From positions 1 through 43,679 of the IMG/VR virus record IMGVR_UViG_3300034082_001076: a stretch of DNA of 43,679 nucleotides; one strand, written 5' to 3'. This stretch comes from a virus. Lineage: Duplodnaviria; Caudoviricetes. Numbering within the stretch: the first letter of the stretch is position 1; each line of letters starts with the position of its first letter. The translations under genes were made by a program, and so were the position numbers. Below are positions 16,789 through 26,532 of this stretch, one piece after another. The notes beneath the pieces were generated by a model. The model had not been told where the DNA came from, made no database searches, and saw only the letters and a list, made by a program, of their open reading frames with translations.

Positions 16789-16986
16789 TTACTTTGCAGC
16801 CTTAGCTTCTTTACGTGCGTTCTTTTCAGCAGTAATTTCGTTACGGCGAAGCTTAACTAGTTTAGAAACTTCTGCAAGAGCCTTGCGTGAACGTGTACCG
16901 GCGGCCGAATTGCCACCTGTAAATTTTGCGTCTTCTGCTAAGAATTCTGCAAATGTTGTTTGTAGTTGTGCGGTTGTTGTTGTCAT
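16789..16986 (-). CDS. Histone H1-like (Hc1-family) small basic protein (65 aa; start revised to ATG 16986)
   Basis: GNSAAGTRSRKALAEVSKLVK matches the GNxAAGTRARK signature of Hc1-like proteins; AAGGA SD before 16986. Confidence 0.75.
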   Translation of the reverse strand: MTTTTAQLQTTFAEFLAEDAKFTGGNSAAGTRSRKALAEVSKLVKLRRNEITAEKNARKEAKAAK

Positions 16987-16987
16987 A

Positions 16988-17224
16988 TCATCTTTCCTTT
17001 TTTGGTCTTCCTCGTTTCTCAATGTGTGCAGCTTCTTTAGATGCTTGTAATGAAGCTGACCAAAGAGCTTTTTCTACAACTTTGAGTTGTCTTAATATTC
17101 TTCTTAAATCTGCTGCGTTTCTGAAACTTTGTTGTCTAGTATAAAGCACGTTGGTATTATGTAAATCTATCAACATAGTTACAAACTTATTATACGTTTC
17201 TTTATATTCCTCTAGTGCAGACAT
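16988..17224 (-). CDS. Hypothetical helical basic protein (78 aa)
   Basis: Tightly packed after gp46; basic C-terminus KRGRPKKER. Confidence 0.7.
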   Translation of the reverse strand: MSALEEYKETYNKFVTMLIDLHNTNVLYTRQQSFRNAADLRRILRQLKVVEKALWSASLQASKEAAHIEKRGRPKKER

Positions 17225-17230
17225 TTATCC

Positions 17231-19012
17231 CTATGCCTCAATGTAGTCGACGTCATTTGAGTAACTGGTAAAACCGTTCTCTTTGATAACTCTTAGAACG
17301 TTGTTTACTCGACCGATTAATTCATCTTTATGTGATATTAAGTATATATTCTTATTTCGTTCTCTGGCCATCTTCTTTAGAACAGCTAATCCAGCTTCTA
17401 CGCCTGCTGCATCCATACCTGCATCAATTAATTCGTCAATGAATAGTAAATTTATATTCTGATATAGATTTTCCCATACATCGCGGAATGCAAAACTTAG
17501 TGATAGAATCAATCGATTTCTTTCGCCTCGACTTAGATTATCAAAATCTAAATCTTGCCCTAATTGAGTAATTTCTACATTTAGGTCGTTTAAGAATATT
17601 ACTTTATGTGGCAATCCTAGCTTGTCAACATAATACCCTAATCGTTTGTTCAAATACGTTAAATTTTGATCAATAATCTTTTTACGGATAAAACTATCTT
17701 TATTTGTCAATAGCTTTAACAAGAATTCTTGATGATCTCGTAATTTAACAAGTTCATTGATTGCGTCCCATTTAATTTCTTGAATGGCAGTTTTCTTTAA
17801 TTCTTCAATCTGTTCGTCATACGGATTGTGTTCATCACACTTATTGGTTAATTCTCTTTCTAGGTTGTCTAAGTTGTTTTTATGCCCCAATGCTTCTGCT
17901 TCAGTTTCATAAAACGTGTTGGGCTTAGGCGGCATCTCTCCCGTGCCTAATTCCTCTACAATCTTCTTAAGATCTTGCGACACTTTATCAAAGTATTTCA
18001 TCGCATCACCTAGATGATGAACAGCAGTAGTGGTCATTTCTTCGTGTTTATGGTCGTGCAATTCTTGTTCACATGCATGACAAGTTTTATTTGCTAGACT
18101 TTCTAATTCTTTTTCGTATTTCTTAACAGTTTTTTCAGCTTGTCCAATTGCAGAATCTAATGTTGCTCGCTGTTTGTTTAAGTTACGTATTTTAGTATTG
18201 TTTTCGTCCCAAGTTTTTAATGCAATGTGAGACTGCAATTCAACTTCGATATCTACACTTTCTAATTGCAATATTGCTTTGCCAAAACTTTCAAGGTCGT
18301 TATCTTTCTTAGTTTCCCATGCTTTGCTTTTGATTACAAGACTGTCAATACTTTTTTGTACATTATCGTTTGCACTCTTTATACTTTCAATCTTAAAAGT
18401 TTCTGCTTGAATGGTGTCTTTAATTGACTTGACTTCTAATTTTAGTTTTTCTGATTTTTCACTTAAGATTGTAATACCAAGTAGCTGTTCGATAACTTCT
18501 CGTTGTTCAGCAGCCCGCATTGACAGGAAAGGTTCTGTGTAGGTATTCAGTGCAACTAAATGTTTGAACATAGTATGCGACATTTCCAACATAGTATCAA
18601 TATACCGTTGGGTTTCTCTGCTGTCGCCTTGGCTGTCATCATCATCATTGGCTGATTTTTGTTGAGCATCGTTGACAAACAGTCGCATGACATTGGGCTT
18701 TCGGCCTCGTTCAATGCGATATAGCATATTATTCTTTTCAAATTCGACCGTGACTAGCATACCTTTGCCGTTGGTCTTATTGATTAAGTTTTCTTTTTTA
18801 ATGTTAGTTAATGCCTGGCCGTACAGTGCATAACTCAGTGCGTTAACAATGGTAGTCTTGCCCGTGCCATTTCGACTACCGCTGTCATCTCCGCCTAGAT
18901 CTAAGTTTGCACCCAACACTAATGTCAGTTGCTCTTTGTCAAAATCCACGGCCTGTGTCTGATTACCTACTGATAGAAAATTTTTTACAGTTATATTTTT
19001 AAGTTTTAGCAT
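17231..19012 (-). CDS. gp46: Recombination endonuclease ATPase subunit (gp46; Rad50/SbcC-like)
   Basis: Walker A (RNGTGKT), coiled coils with CHAC zinc hook, LSRGE signature, LLFIDE Walker B, ISH switch. Confidence 0.95.
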   Translation of the reverse strand: MLKLKNITVKNFLSVGNQTQAVDFDKEQLTLVLGANLDLGGDDSGSRNGTGKTTIVNALSYALYGQALTNIKKENLINKTNGKGMLVTVEFEKNNMLYRIERGRKPNVMRLFVNDAQQKSANDDDDSQGDSRETQRYIDTMLEMSHTMFKHLVALNTYTEPFLSMRAAEQREVIEQLLGITILSEKSEKLKLEVKSIKDTIQAETFKIESIKSANDNVQKSIDSLVIKSKAWETKKDNDLESFGKAILQLESVDIEVELQSHIALKTWDENNTKIRNLNKQRATLDSAIGQAEKTVKKYEKELESLANKTCHACEQELHDHKHEEMTTTAVHHLGDAMKYFDKVSQDLKKIVEELGTGEMPPKPNTFYETEAEALGHKNNLDNLERELTNKCDEHNPYDEQIEELKKTAIQEIKWDAINELVKLRDHQEFLLKLLTNKDSFIRKKIIDQNLTYLNKRLGYYVDKLGLPHKVIFLNDLNVEITQLGQDLDFDNLSRGERNRLILSLSFAFRDVWENLYQNINLLFIDELIDAGMDAAGVEAGLAVLKKMARERNKNIYLISHKDELIGRVNNVLRVIKENGFTSYSNDVDYIEA

Positions 19013-20026
19013 TTATAGACTATTGTAAATTGCTAGTAGAGTTTTTGCATCGATATTGTCTGAGTCAATATTAAGTAATTGCTCTGTTACAATCTGATCA
19101 ACACTTTCAAAACTAGCATCCGGATTATCATCAGTTCCGGTTTCGATATTATTTTTTTCTTGAATTAAACTAATTTCTCGTATATCATGTTCTTCAACAT
19201 AAGTTTCTTTTATGAAGTTAGCTTCTTCGTAGCTAATATCAATGTCTAAGTTAACTTTTAAGTACATCTTAGATTTCATAATGTTATCTTTATCATCGAT
19301 TAATTTGCTTAATGACAATGTTCTATACTTGGGAGCGTCGGCCCACGACTTAAACGTGGGAACACCGCCCCATTCTAATACCATCATACCTCGATCATCG
19401 TCCCAGGTATCTGCAAAGTTATGGGGAAATGCATTACCGATATACCAAATTTTACCTTGATTTTGTCGTTTATGAAAGTGGCCGCTAAACACATAGTCTT
19501 GATGAGTAAAATGTTTAGCCTGCAATTCACCGTGATCCGGCATTTGTACCATTGCATTCATATAGAACAATGGCAATTCAAAATGCCCAAACATATACTT
19601 GCTTTTAATCTTGCTGATGTTTTTCCACTCGTCGCCCACTAGCCAAGGCACTAGTGTAACATCTCCTTCGGTCATAACTTTATCAACTACAGTTACGCCT
19701 GGTATGTGTTTACCGAATGCCGAGCTATGAATATCTCGTTTATCTTTGTAAAACAAATCGTGATTACCCGGAAACCAATAAAAATTCTCAAATGCTTGCC
19801 CTAATTTCTCTAGACATCGAATTGATGTATCCAAAGTAATTAAGTTAATTGCATTGCGATTATGGTGCCAGTCTCCAAGGAAGATAGCTGTTTCGCAACC
19901 AGCGTCCTTGGATTCTTGAATAAACCAATCTACAAAATCTTCGCAGTCTTGGTTATGAGTTGCAGAATTTGATTTTAGACCAAAATGTATATCTGTAAAA
20001 CATGCTACTTTCTTAAAAAATGACAT
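19013..20026 (-). CDS. gp47: Recombination endonuclease nuclease subunit (gp47; Mre11/SbcD-like)
   Basis: DIHFG, FLGDWHH, GNHD, GHFE and SGHFH metallophosphoesterase motifs. Confidence 0.95.
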   Translation of the reverse strand: MSFFKKVACFTDIHFGLKSNSATHNQDCEDFVDWFIQESKDAGCETAIFLGDWHHNRNAINLITLDTSIRCLEKLGQAFENFYWFPGNHDLFYKDKRDIHSSAFGKHIPGVTVVDKVMTEGDVTLVPWLVGDEWKNISKIKSKYMFGHFELPLFYMNAMVQMPDHGELQAKHFTHQDYVFSGHFHKRQNQGKIWYIGNAFPHNFADTWDDDRGMMVLEWGGVPTFKSWADAPKYRTLSLSKLIDDKDNIMKSKMYLKVNLDIDISYEEANFIKETYVEEHDIREISLIQEKNNIETGTDDNPDASFESVDQIVTEQLLNIDSDNIDAKTLLAIYNSL

Positions 20027-20045
20027 TAGATTCTCTCCTATGTCT

Positions 20046-20075
20046 AGTGTAACAGATTGTGTAAAGGTAAATCAA
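20046..20075 (-). promoter_or_regulatory. Sigma70-like promoter for gp47/gp46
   Basis: TTGATT-N18-TACACT with an extended TG, upstream of an AGGAG SD. Confidence 0.5.
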
Positions 20076-20986
20076 GTGTTTTCTTCTTCATCCTCGATAC
20101 TAGTTTCTTCAGATTTTGGCATACGTATATTTTTGTATAGCTCTGCTTGCCGTGCGGTTTCTTCGGCAAACTCGGCCTGCGTCTGTCTAGTTAAACTAGG
20201 AGTTAGACCTGCAATCTCTAGTAGGTCATCTCTAATATTTTGACTTTTCTTTTCTAAGTTTAGTACTCGAGTAAAGCTGTTAGTTACTGCGGCAGTATAA
20301 TAGGCAAATGGATTTTCTGATTTAGATTCATCAAACTGTAGACCAATTTGTGACAATTGCAAAACTGCCTGTCCACGCATTTCTTCAACATAGGTATAAC
20401 CCCGCCAGTTGCTACGTTGTGCATATCGCTCGCTTAGTTTGATATACATTTTACCTAGATTTTCGGTAATTCTACCGTGATCTTTGTTGAAACTTCCCCC
20501 GTCAATAGTACCCTTCCAATGGCTTTTACCGACACAAATAAGCTCATCATTTTCATTAAACTTCCAATGTTGGAAAGGGGGGAAATTGACTTTTTCGTGG
20601 CTATCAGCAACACTTTTGACAGTTTTCTTACGACCAGGCGCCATTGGAATATGATCAAATGTCATAATTCTAATAACAATGTCTGTTTTGGCAATAGTTT
20701 TATAATCCGGAGTCACTTCGAGAAGTTTTATCTTCTTGTCTCCGCTCAATCTTGCTGCAACAAACGCTTCTAAGCCTAAGCGTTTTGCTTTAATTCTTTT
20801 AGCATCAGCAATAGTTCTAATATTAATTTTGTCTAAACTTGGCAAAATTAAATCATGCTGATGATATTCTGGTTTAGTAAAACTACTATAGGAACATTTG
20901 CTTTTATGAATCTCTGCTAATAAATCTCTATTGTTTAGATATTTTACTTTACGTCCTGTGGACAGTGATGTTGTTACAACGGTCAT
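20072..20986 (-). CDS. gp55: Late transcription sigma factor (gp55-like) with a large insertion
   Basis: YLNNRDLLAEI, NWRGYTYVEEM and FDESKSENPFAYYT parallel T4 gp55; adjacent to gp47/gp46 as in many T4-like phages. Confidence 0.85.
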   Translation of the reverse strand: MTVVTTSLSTGRKVKYLNNRDLLAEIHKSKCSYSSFTKPEYHQHDLILPSLDKINIRTIADAKRIKAKRLGLEAFVAARLSGDKKIKLLEVTPDYKTIAKTDIVIRIMTFDHIPMAPGRKKTVKSVADSHEKVNFPPFQHWKFNENDELICVGKSHWKGTIDGGSFNKDHGRITENLGKMYIKLSERYAQRSNWRGYTYVEEMRGQAVLQLSQIGLQFDESKSENPFAYYTAAVTNSFTRVLNLEKKSQNIRDDLLEIAGLTPSLTRQTQAEFAEETARQAELYKNIRMPKSEETSIEDEEENT

Positions 20987-21009
20987 CTATTCGCGACCTC
21001 CTTACAGTT

Positions 21010-21044
21010 ATTATAAAGTATATAGGTTGACAAAGTCAACCTAT
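21010..21044 (-). promoter_or_regulatory. Sigma70 promoter TTGACT-N18-TATAAT whose -35 lies in a perfect 10-bp inverted repeat
   Basis: -10 at 21010-21015 and -35 at 21034-21039; ATAGGTTGAC-AAA-GTCAACCTAT at 21022-21044; SD AAGGAGG at 20997-21003. Confidence 0.7.
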
Positions 21045-21061
21045 TAGTTAACTATACACTT

Positions 21062-21078
21062 TATTTATTGGGTAAATA
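21062..21078. promoter_or_regulatory. Back-to-back late promoter cores (minus 21062-21067, plus 21073-21078)
   Basis: TATTTA-TTGGG-TAAATA between divergent genes. Confidence 0.55.
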
Positions 21079-21096
21079 GTGTATAAGGAAAATATT

Positions 21097-21900
21097 ATGG
21101 CGGATAACAAGCCGGGATTATTAAGCACAATTGGTAATGCTACCATGAGTGTTGGAAGAGGAATAGCAGATCAATCCGGATTAACTAGACTTGTCGGAAC
21201 TCTTAGCGAACGACGCCTTGGGCGAAAACCAGGCGCAGCTCCATCGCCACCAAATTTTGATGTTGCATTTATTGGTACCAAAGATTTTAGAGTAAAGATT
21301 AGAGTACCTAGTCAATATCTTTATACATCGGGAGTTGCCTACACTGATCATTTGTTTGATATTCAAGGTATTGTATTTCCCTTTACACCATCTATCTCAC
21401 AAGATTATACTGCTAGTTACGCAACGGTAAATCCTACTCATTCTAACTATGCATTACATTTTTATAAAAGTAGTCAGCCTGGACCAATTTCTGTTACTGG
21501 AAAATTTACTGTTCAAAATAACGATGAGGCATACTTGTGGTTGCAAACAACTCACATATTAAGAGCAGTTACTAAAATGAAATTTGGCGAAGATGCTGAT
21601 CGAGGATCGCCCCCACCAGTCTGTAGATTTGATGCCTACGGTGAACAACAATACAAAAATGTTCCAGTTGTAGTATCTAGCTTTAGAGTCGATCTACCAG
21701 ATAGTGTAGATTATTATGCAACAAAGATGGATGATCGTTTCGGCTCCGGATCCAAACCAACTGGTACTATGGTGCCTACAGTATCACAAATTACAGTTAC
21801 GTTATTACCGATGTACAGCAGAAAAGAGTTGTTGGGACAAAAACAGGTTGATGATTACATTAGCGGAAATCCTAACTTACGAAGAAAAGGATTTCTATAA
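21097..21900 (+). CDS. Baseplate/tail-tube junction protein (gp48/gp54-like); start revised to ATG 21097
   Basis: FPFTPSI, HSNY, GSPPPVCRFDAYG and VPVVVSSF..DLPDSVDY patterns of contractile-tail tube initiators; AAGGA SD before 21097. Confidence 0.65.
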   Translation: MADNKPGLLSTIGNATMSVGRGIADQSGLTRLVGTLSERRLGRKPGAAPSPPNFDVAFIGTKDFRVKIRVPSQYLYTSGVAYTDHLFDIQGIVFPFTPSISQDYTASYATVNPTHSNYALHFYKSSQPGPISVTGKFTVQNNDEAYLWLQTTHILRAVTKMKFGEDADRGSPPPVCRFDAYGEQQYKNVPVVVSSFRVDLPDSVDYYATKMDDRFGSGSKPTGTMVPTVSQITVTLLPMYSRKELLGQKQVDDYISGNPNLRRKGFL

Positions 21901-22197
21901 ATGGCAACTTATAAAACTACTAGTCCTTATTTTAGTACTCCTATAACAGAGGGATATTTAGATATTGCAGCATTTAGAGATATTCCTAATGAGCCAACTG
22001 ATATACTTTATGAAATATTAGCGCAACATCAGTACCGTCCTGATCTGCTAGCATATGATTTTTACGGTGATGTAAAATTATGGTGGGTATTTGCCGTTAG
22101 AAATAAAGATATTCTTAAAGATCCTGTGTACGATCTTATTGCCGGTCAAAAAATAAGAATACCACAACTTGATAATTTAAGAGCACTCGGTTTATAA
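21901..22197 (+). CDS. gp53: Baseplate wedge protein, LysM-like (gp53-like)
   Basis: YRPDLLAYDFYGDVKLWWVFAVRN signature. Confidence 0.8.
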   Translation: MATYKTTSPYFSTPITEGYLDIAAFRDIPNEPTDILYEILAQHQYRPDLLAYDFYGDVKLWWVFAVRNKDILKDPVYDLIAGQKIRIPQLDNLRALGL

Positions 22198-22198
22198 T

Positions 22199-24394
22199 AT
22201 GGCTGAACAATCTCCTAATGTAGAACGGAAAACAACAGATCCGAATCCTCGTGCAAGGATAACCCCCGGAACCGGTACCCGTCCTGTAGCCAATGTTGAT
22301 ATTACCGGGGAAGCTCCTACCCCGGCTGCTGCTGCCACTAAATCGGATAAGGCTGAGACAAATGTCCTGCATAATTTTAGAACATTTACCTACAATTTTA
22401 CGTTAGCAGCATTGCCTCCTACAGCACTTACAGATAACTCACAAATTAGAGCCGCAACTGAAAACTATGTTGTTCTTAAATCTTCCGGTAAAAAAATAAA
22501 TGAAATTACAGGCGGCGACAAAGCATCAGGGTTCAATGATGGCAGTCCTGGCCGATTTGATATGTTTATTAATAATGTTGAAATCGAAACGTTAATGTCG
22601 TTTAATAATGTTACTAACATGTCGATGGCAACAAAAATATCATTTGATGTGTTTGAACCTATGAGTATAAATGGTTTTATGGAAGCGTTACAAGTTGCAG
22701 CCGAAGCCGCTGGCAATGCAAATTATATTTCTGCTGCATTTGTATTAAAAATGGAATTTTTAGGTTATACAGATGACGATGATGGTCCATCTACTCGAGC
22801 TAAACTACTTAAAGAAGAGGGTACTCGACATTTTGTTATATTAATAACAAAAGTTGAAGCTAAGATGGACGAGAATGGAACTCGATATAGTGTTAAAGCA
22901 ATTGCAAGAAACGAAATGGCATATTCTGATGACAATGTTATCAAAGAATCTATCCAAATGAGAGGCGCTAATGTTTTTGAAGTTTGTGAGTCGTTGATAA
23001 AGTCTCTAAACATTGCCGCCAAGAATGCAGCTGAAGCTGAATCTCAAACTACATTATTTGATTCTTATGAAATTAAATTTCCTACTCCTGATTGGGCAAG
23101 CGGCAACTTTGACTATGACAAGCCCTATGATAAATTTAAGGAGCAGGCTAGAATTAAAGAACTTACTAATAATCCTTCTATTTTTACGTTTCCGGCTCCT
23201 GGCACAGTTAAATCAGCATACGATGCTAAACCAGAAGCAGGCGGTGGCCGCGGATTTGTAAATCCACCGTTAGTAGTTACTGTGTCTGATGGTCCGGAGG
23301 CTAAACCGTTACCAAAAAACGAATCTAACTCTTACGATCCTAACATATCTAGTGTAATGTTTGCCAAGGGTGCAAAAATACCCGACATTATTGCTAGTGT
23401 TATTAGAGATAGCGAATTTGGAAGAAAAATTATTAACGATGCCAAGAACCCGTCAGCTGATCAATTTATTGAATATTTTCATATTGCAGTAGAGATGGAA
23501 GTAAAAGATAAATGGAATCCAGTCACTTCACAACCTACCTACATTTATCGATATATTGTATTACCTTATAAGATGCATATTTCAAGATTGGCGCTATATC
23601 AAAAAGAATTAAGTACATCGGAACAAAATTCTTTAATTAAAAATTATGTTAGAAGACAATATAACTATCTCTACACTGGACAAAATGTTGACGTTAGATC
23701 ATTTAATTTAACATTTAATCATTTGTATTTCCAAGCATATCCTAGAAGTATGAATAATGCATTATATGGCCCAACCGGCGGCGCTGGTGAGGAAAAGACT
23801 GGAGTAAAATTAAATCCAGTATCTAACGAAAGTTCGTCAACGCCAGTTCCGCTTAGTCCTAGGGTTACTGATTCTAGGAGAGATGCTGTTGTAGGACCAG
23901 GAGGCAACGCAACTCGTCCTGAATATGATTCGTACGATGCATTAGTTAAAAATATGCATCAGGCAATTTTAGACAATCTCAGTATGATTAAGTGTGATTT
24001 AGAAATTTTAGGTGATCCTTATTTCTTATGTACTGGCGGCATTGGTAATTTTAGACCTAAGATTATCGATTCAACAATTACTGATAACGGTGAAGCTCCG
24101 TATCAAGTTCATAATGTTATGGTCGTTTTAACATTTCAAAATCCTGAAGACATCAATCCCAACACCGGAATGGTTATTTTTGACAAACAGCGTATTCCTT
24201 ACAATGGCTGCTATCAAGTTACTAAAGTTGTTTCTAAATTTCAAGACGGGTTGTTTACACAACGATTACAGTTGTTAAGAGTCCCAGGACAACCTGTTCT
24301 TTCATCTGGCCGTAGTGGTTCGGGACCTGCATCTGCTACAATCTTTAGTGATCTCTCTTTACCAAATAACGCAACCTCTTCAGCTGAAGCATAA
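22199..24394 (+). CDS. Baseplate hub protein (gp27-like), 731 aa
   Basis: Between gp53- and gp5-like genes; LEILGDPYF and GCYQVTKVVSKFQDGLFTQRL motifs typical of hub proteins. Confidence 0.65.
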   Translation: MAEQSPNVERKTTDPNPRARITPGTGTRPVANVDITGEAPTPAAAATKSDKAETNVLHNFRTFTYNFTLAALPPTALTDNSQIRAATENYVVLKSSGKKINEITGGDKASGFNDGSPGRFDMFINNVEIETLMSFNNVTNMSMATKISFDVFEPMSINGFMEALQVAAEAAGNANYISAAFVLKMEFLGYTDDDDGPSTRAKLLKEEGTRHFVILITKVEAKMDENGTRYSVKAIARNEMAYSDDNVIKESIQMRGANVFEVCESLIKSLNIAAKNAAEAESQTTLFDSYEIKFPTPDWASGNFDYDKPYDKFKEQARIKELTNNPSIFTFPAPGTVKSAYDAKPEAGGGRGFVNPPLVVTVSDGPEAKPLPKNESNSYDPNISSVMFAKGAKIPDIIASVIRDSEFGRKIINDAKNPSADQFIEYFHIAVEMEVKDKWNPVTSQPTYIYRYIVLPYKMHISRLALYQKELSTSEQNSLIKNYVRRQYNYLYTGQNVDVRSFNLTFNHLYFQAYPRSMNNALYGPTGGAGEEKTGVKLNPVSNESSSTPVPLSPRVTDSRRDAVVGPGGNATRPEYDSYDALVKNMHQAILDNLSMIKCDLEILGDPYFLCTGGIGNFRPKIIDSTITDNGEAPYQVHNVMVVLTFQNPEDINPNTGMVIFDKQRIPYNGCYQVTKVVSKFQDGLFTQRLQLLRVPGQPVLSSGRSGSGPASATIFSDLSLPNNATSSAEA

Positions 24395-24397
24395 CCT

Positions 24398-26524
24398 ATG
24401 TCAGAAAGAAAACGCACCCCCTCAAAGTTACCCCATCCTGGTCCATATATTGCTAGGATAACAAGTCATTTAGATCCTACATTTATGGGAGGAGTTGAAG
24501 CGGTACTAGAACAAGGTACACTTAACAATCCTGAATGGCAAGATTATGTATTTCCTTTGCAGTACTTGAGTCCATTTTACGGAGTTACCTCGTCAGATTT
24601 TGAAGGACCTGATGAAAAAAACTTTTACGATGTGCAAAAAAGCTACGGAATGTGGATGGTTCCGCCAGATGTAGGAACTAGAGTTCTTTGTACATTTGTT
24701 GACGGAGATTCTAATCAAGGATTTTGGATTGGTTGTATTGCTGACAAGCACCAAAATCATATGATACCCGGGTTGGCTGCAAGTTCCAATGTTGCATGGG
24801 CACCTGGACAAAAAGAAAAATACGATGTTGATGCAGTACCAGTTGCGGAATTTCATCGCAAAAAAATCAAAGGTGCATATGAGCCAAATAGTCAACCAAA
24901 ACCAGTTCACCCATTTGCAGATAGATTACTTACACAGGGGCTCCTTGCAGATGCTGCCCGTGGCGTTACTTCTAGTAGTTCTCGTCGAGAATTCCCTAGT
25001 AGAGTTTTTGGTATAAGCACACCCGGCGCACCCGACGGGAAAAGTCCCGTGAAAGCTATCGGTTATAAAGATCCCGGCCAGACAATGGTTCCTTCTAGCA
25101 GACTTCCTGGGCATCAGTTTGTAATGGACGACGGTGACAAGTCTGGAGAAAACAAACTAATACGATTACGATCAGGGGCCGGCCACCAGGTACTGTTAAA
25201 CGATTCTCAAAACATCATTTATATTGCCAATGCAGAAGGCACAGCTTGGATGGAATTTACTGCAAGTGGAAAAATTGATATCTATGCTGCTGACTCAGTA
25301 AGTATCCATACTGAAGCTGATTTTAATTTTAGAGCTGATAGAGATATTAATTTAGAAGCTCTTCGTAATGTTAACATAAAAACTCATGAAGGTGATATGG
25401 TGTTAAATGTTAAAAAAGATTTTAATCTTAGAGTAGATAACACTGCTAAAATTTATATTAATGGTAATTATGACCAATACATTAAAGGCAACTACAATAC
25501 TACTGTCGCCGGCTCAGTTAACTTCCTTAGTAACGAAAAAATGAATTTAACAGGCAAGGGAGATTTAAGTGTTATTACTCAAGGAAAATTTACAATTGCT
25601 GCGGCAGGCGGAACAAAGCACGGAAAACCTGGAGCTATATCTGAACCTGCTGCTGCTGCTATTCAAGAAACTATTGCATTAAAAGAATTCTTTGTTCCAA
25701 AAGTAAATGTAGCAGTAGGGTGGCCAAAAAGAAAATATCAAGAGAGTGCTATCAAGAGTACTCTGCAACGTGTGCCAATGCATGAACCATGGAGTCAGCA
25801 CGAAAGTTTATCACCTGCAAAATATACTCCGACAGCAACAGATGTTAGCAATTCTACTACCCGTTCATTGACTCCTACTACTCCTACTACTCCTACTACT
25901 ACTCCTACTACTAGTAGTGCGCCATCTAGTGCTGGTGCAAATCCGCCTGTGCCCGCGCCAAATCCTAACATGCCTGCAGATTGGGCCAAAGATACTGCAT
26001 TTATTAATAAAGTTAAAGAAGTCGCTAAAAAATATAAGATGGATTATATCGACCTTCTGGCCATAATGATGATGGAATCTGGTATAGATCCTTCTAGAAC
26101 AAATCCTCGAAGCAATGCAACTGGATTGATACAATTTACTGAAGTAGCTAGACCTAGTATAGGTAACGTTTCATTATCTCAGTTACGAGGTATGACACGA
26201 GAACAGCAAATGCATTATGTTGATTTGTATTTGTCTAAATCTACCCCCGGACTTGCAAATTTATCAACAACAACATTAAATGATATATACATGGCGGTGT
26301 TTGCTCCGTTTAGAGGATTTGGTAAACCAGACAGTACAATCTTATACTCTGACAATCCTACTTGGTTAGAAAAATTTCCTAGTAACAAACAAAATTTTGA
26401 AAGATTATCCTATCAACAAAATTCTTCACTTGATAAAAACGGTGATAGAGCTATTACTAAAGCTGAAGCATGTAGATTGTTAGTCGGTAAGCGGGCATTA
26501 GTTACTAGAGCATTGGGTCTATAA
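24398..26524 (+). CDS. gp5: Baseplate central spike (gp5-like) with C-terminal lytic transglycosylase
   Basis: OB-fold region (SYGMWMVPPDVGTRV), GHQFVMDD, beta-helix repeats, Thr/Pro linker, then an SLT-like domain (MMESG...ATGLIQF...YMAVF). Confidence 0.8.
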   Translation: MSERKRTPSKLPHPGPYIARITSHLDPTFMGGVEAVLEQGTLNNPEWQDYVFPLQYLSPFYGVTSSDFEGPDEKNFYDVQKSYGMWMVPPDVGTRVLCTFVDGDSNQGFWIGCIADKHQNHMIPGLAASSNVAWAPGQKEKYDVDAVPVAEFHRKKIKGAYEPNSQPKPVHPFADRLLTQGLLADAARGVTSSSSRREFPSRVFGISTPGAPDGKSPVKAIGYKDPGQTMVPSSRLPGHQFVMDDGDKSGENKLIRLRSGAGHQVLLNDSQNIIYIANAEGTAWMEFTASGKIDIYAADSVSIHTEADFNFRADRDINLEALRNVNIKTHEGDMVLNVKKDFNLRVDNTAKIYINGNYDQYIKGNYNTTVAGSVNFLSNEKMNLTGKGDLSVITQGKFTIAAAGGTKHGKPGAISEPAAAAIQETIALKEFFVPKVNVAVGWPKRKYQESAIKSTLQRVPMHEPWSQHESLSPAKYTPTATDVSNSTTRSLTPTTPTTPTTTPTTSSAPSSAGANPPVPAPNPNMPADWAKDTAFINKVKEVAKKYKMDYIDLLAIMMMESGIDPSRTNPRSNATGLIQFTEVARPSIGNVSLSQLRGMTREQQMHYVDLYLSKSTPGLANLSTTTLNDIYMAVFAPFRGFGKPDSTILYSDNPTWLEKFPSNKQNFERLSYQQNSSLDKNGDRAITKAEACRLLVGKRALVTRALGL
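25871..25912 (+). repeat. Thr/Pro low-complexity linker (actcctact repeats)
   Basis: Encodes TPTTPTTPTTTPTT. Confidence 0.8.
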
Positions 26525-26527
26525 ATA
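26520..26527 (+). promoter_or_regulatory. Late promoter TATAAATA, 5 nt before ATG
   Basis: Overlaps the gp5 stop codon; TATAAATA-TCATT-ATG. Confidence 0.7.
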
Positions 26528-26532
26528 TCATT

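Noticed and set aside
20480-20899. Intein in gp55 (insert begins with Cys)
   Set aside because: No C-terminal His-Asn followed by Cys/Ser/Thr and no recognisable intein blocks.
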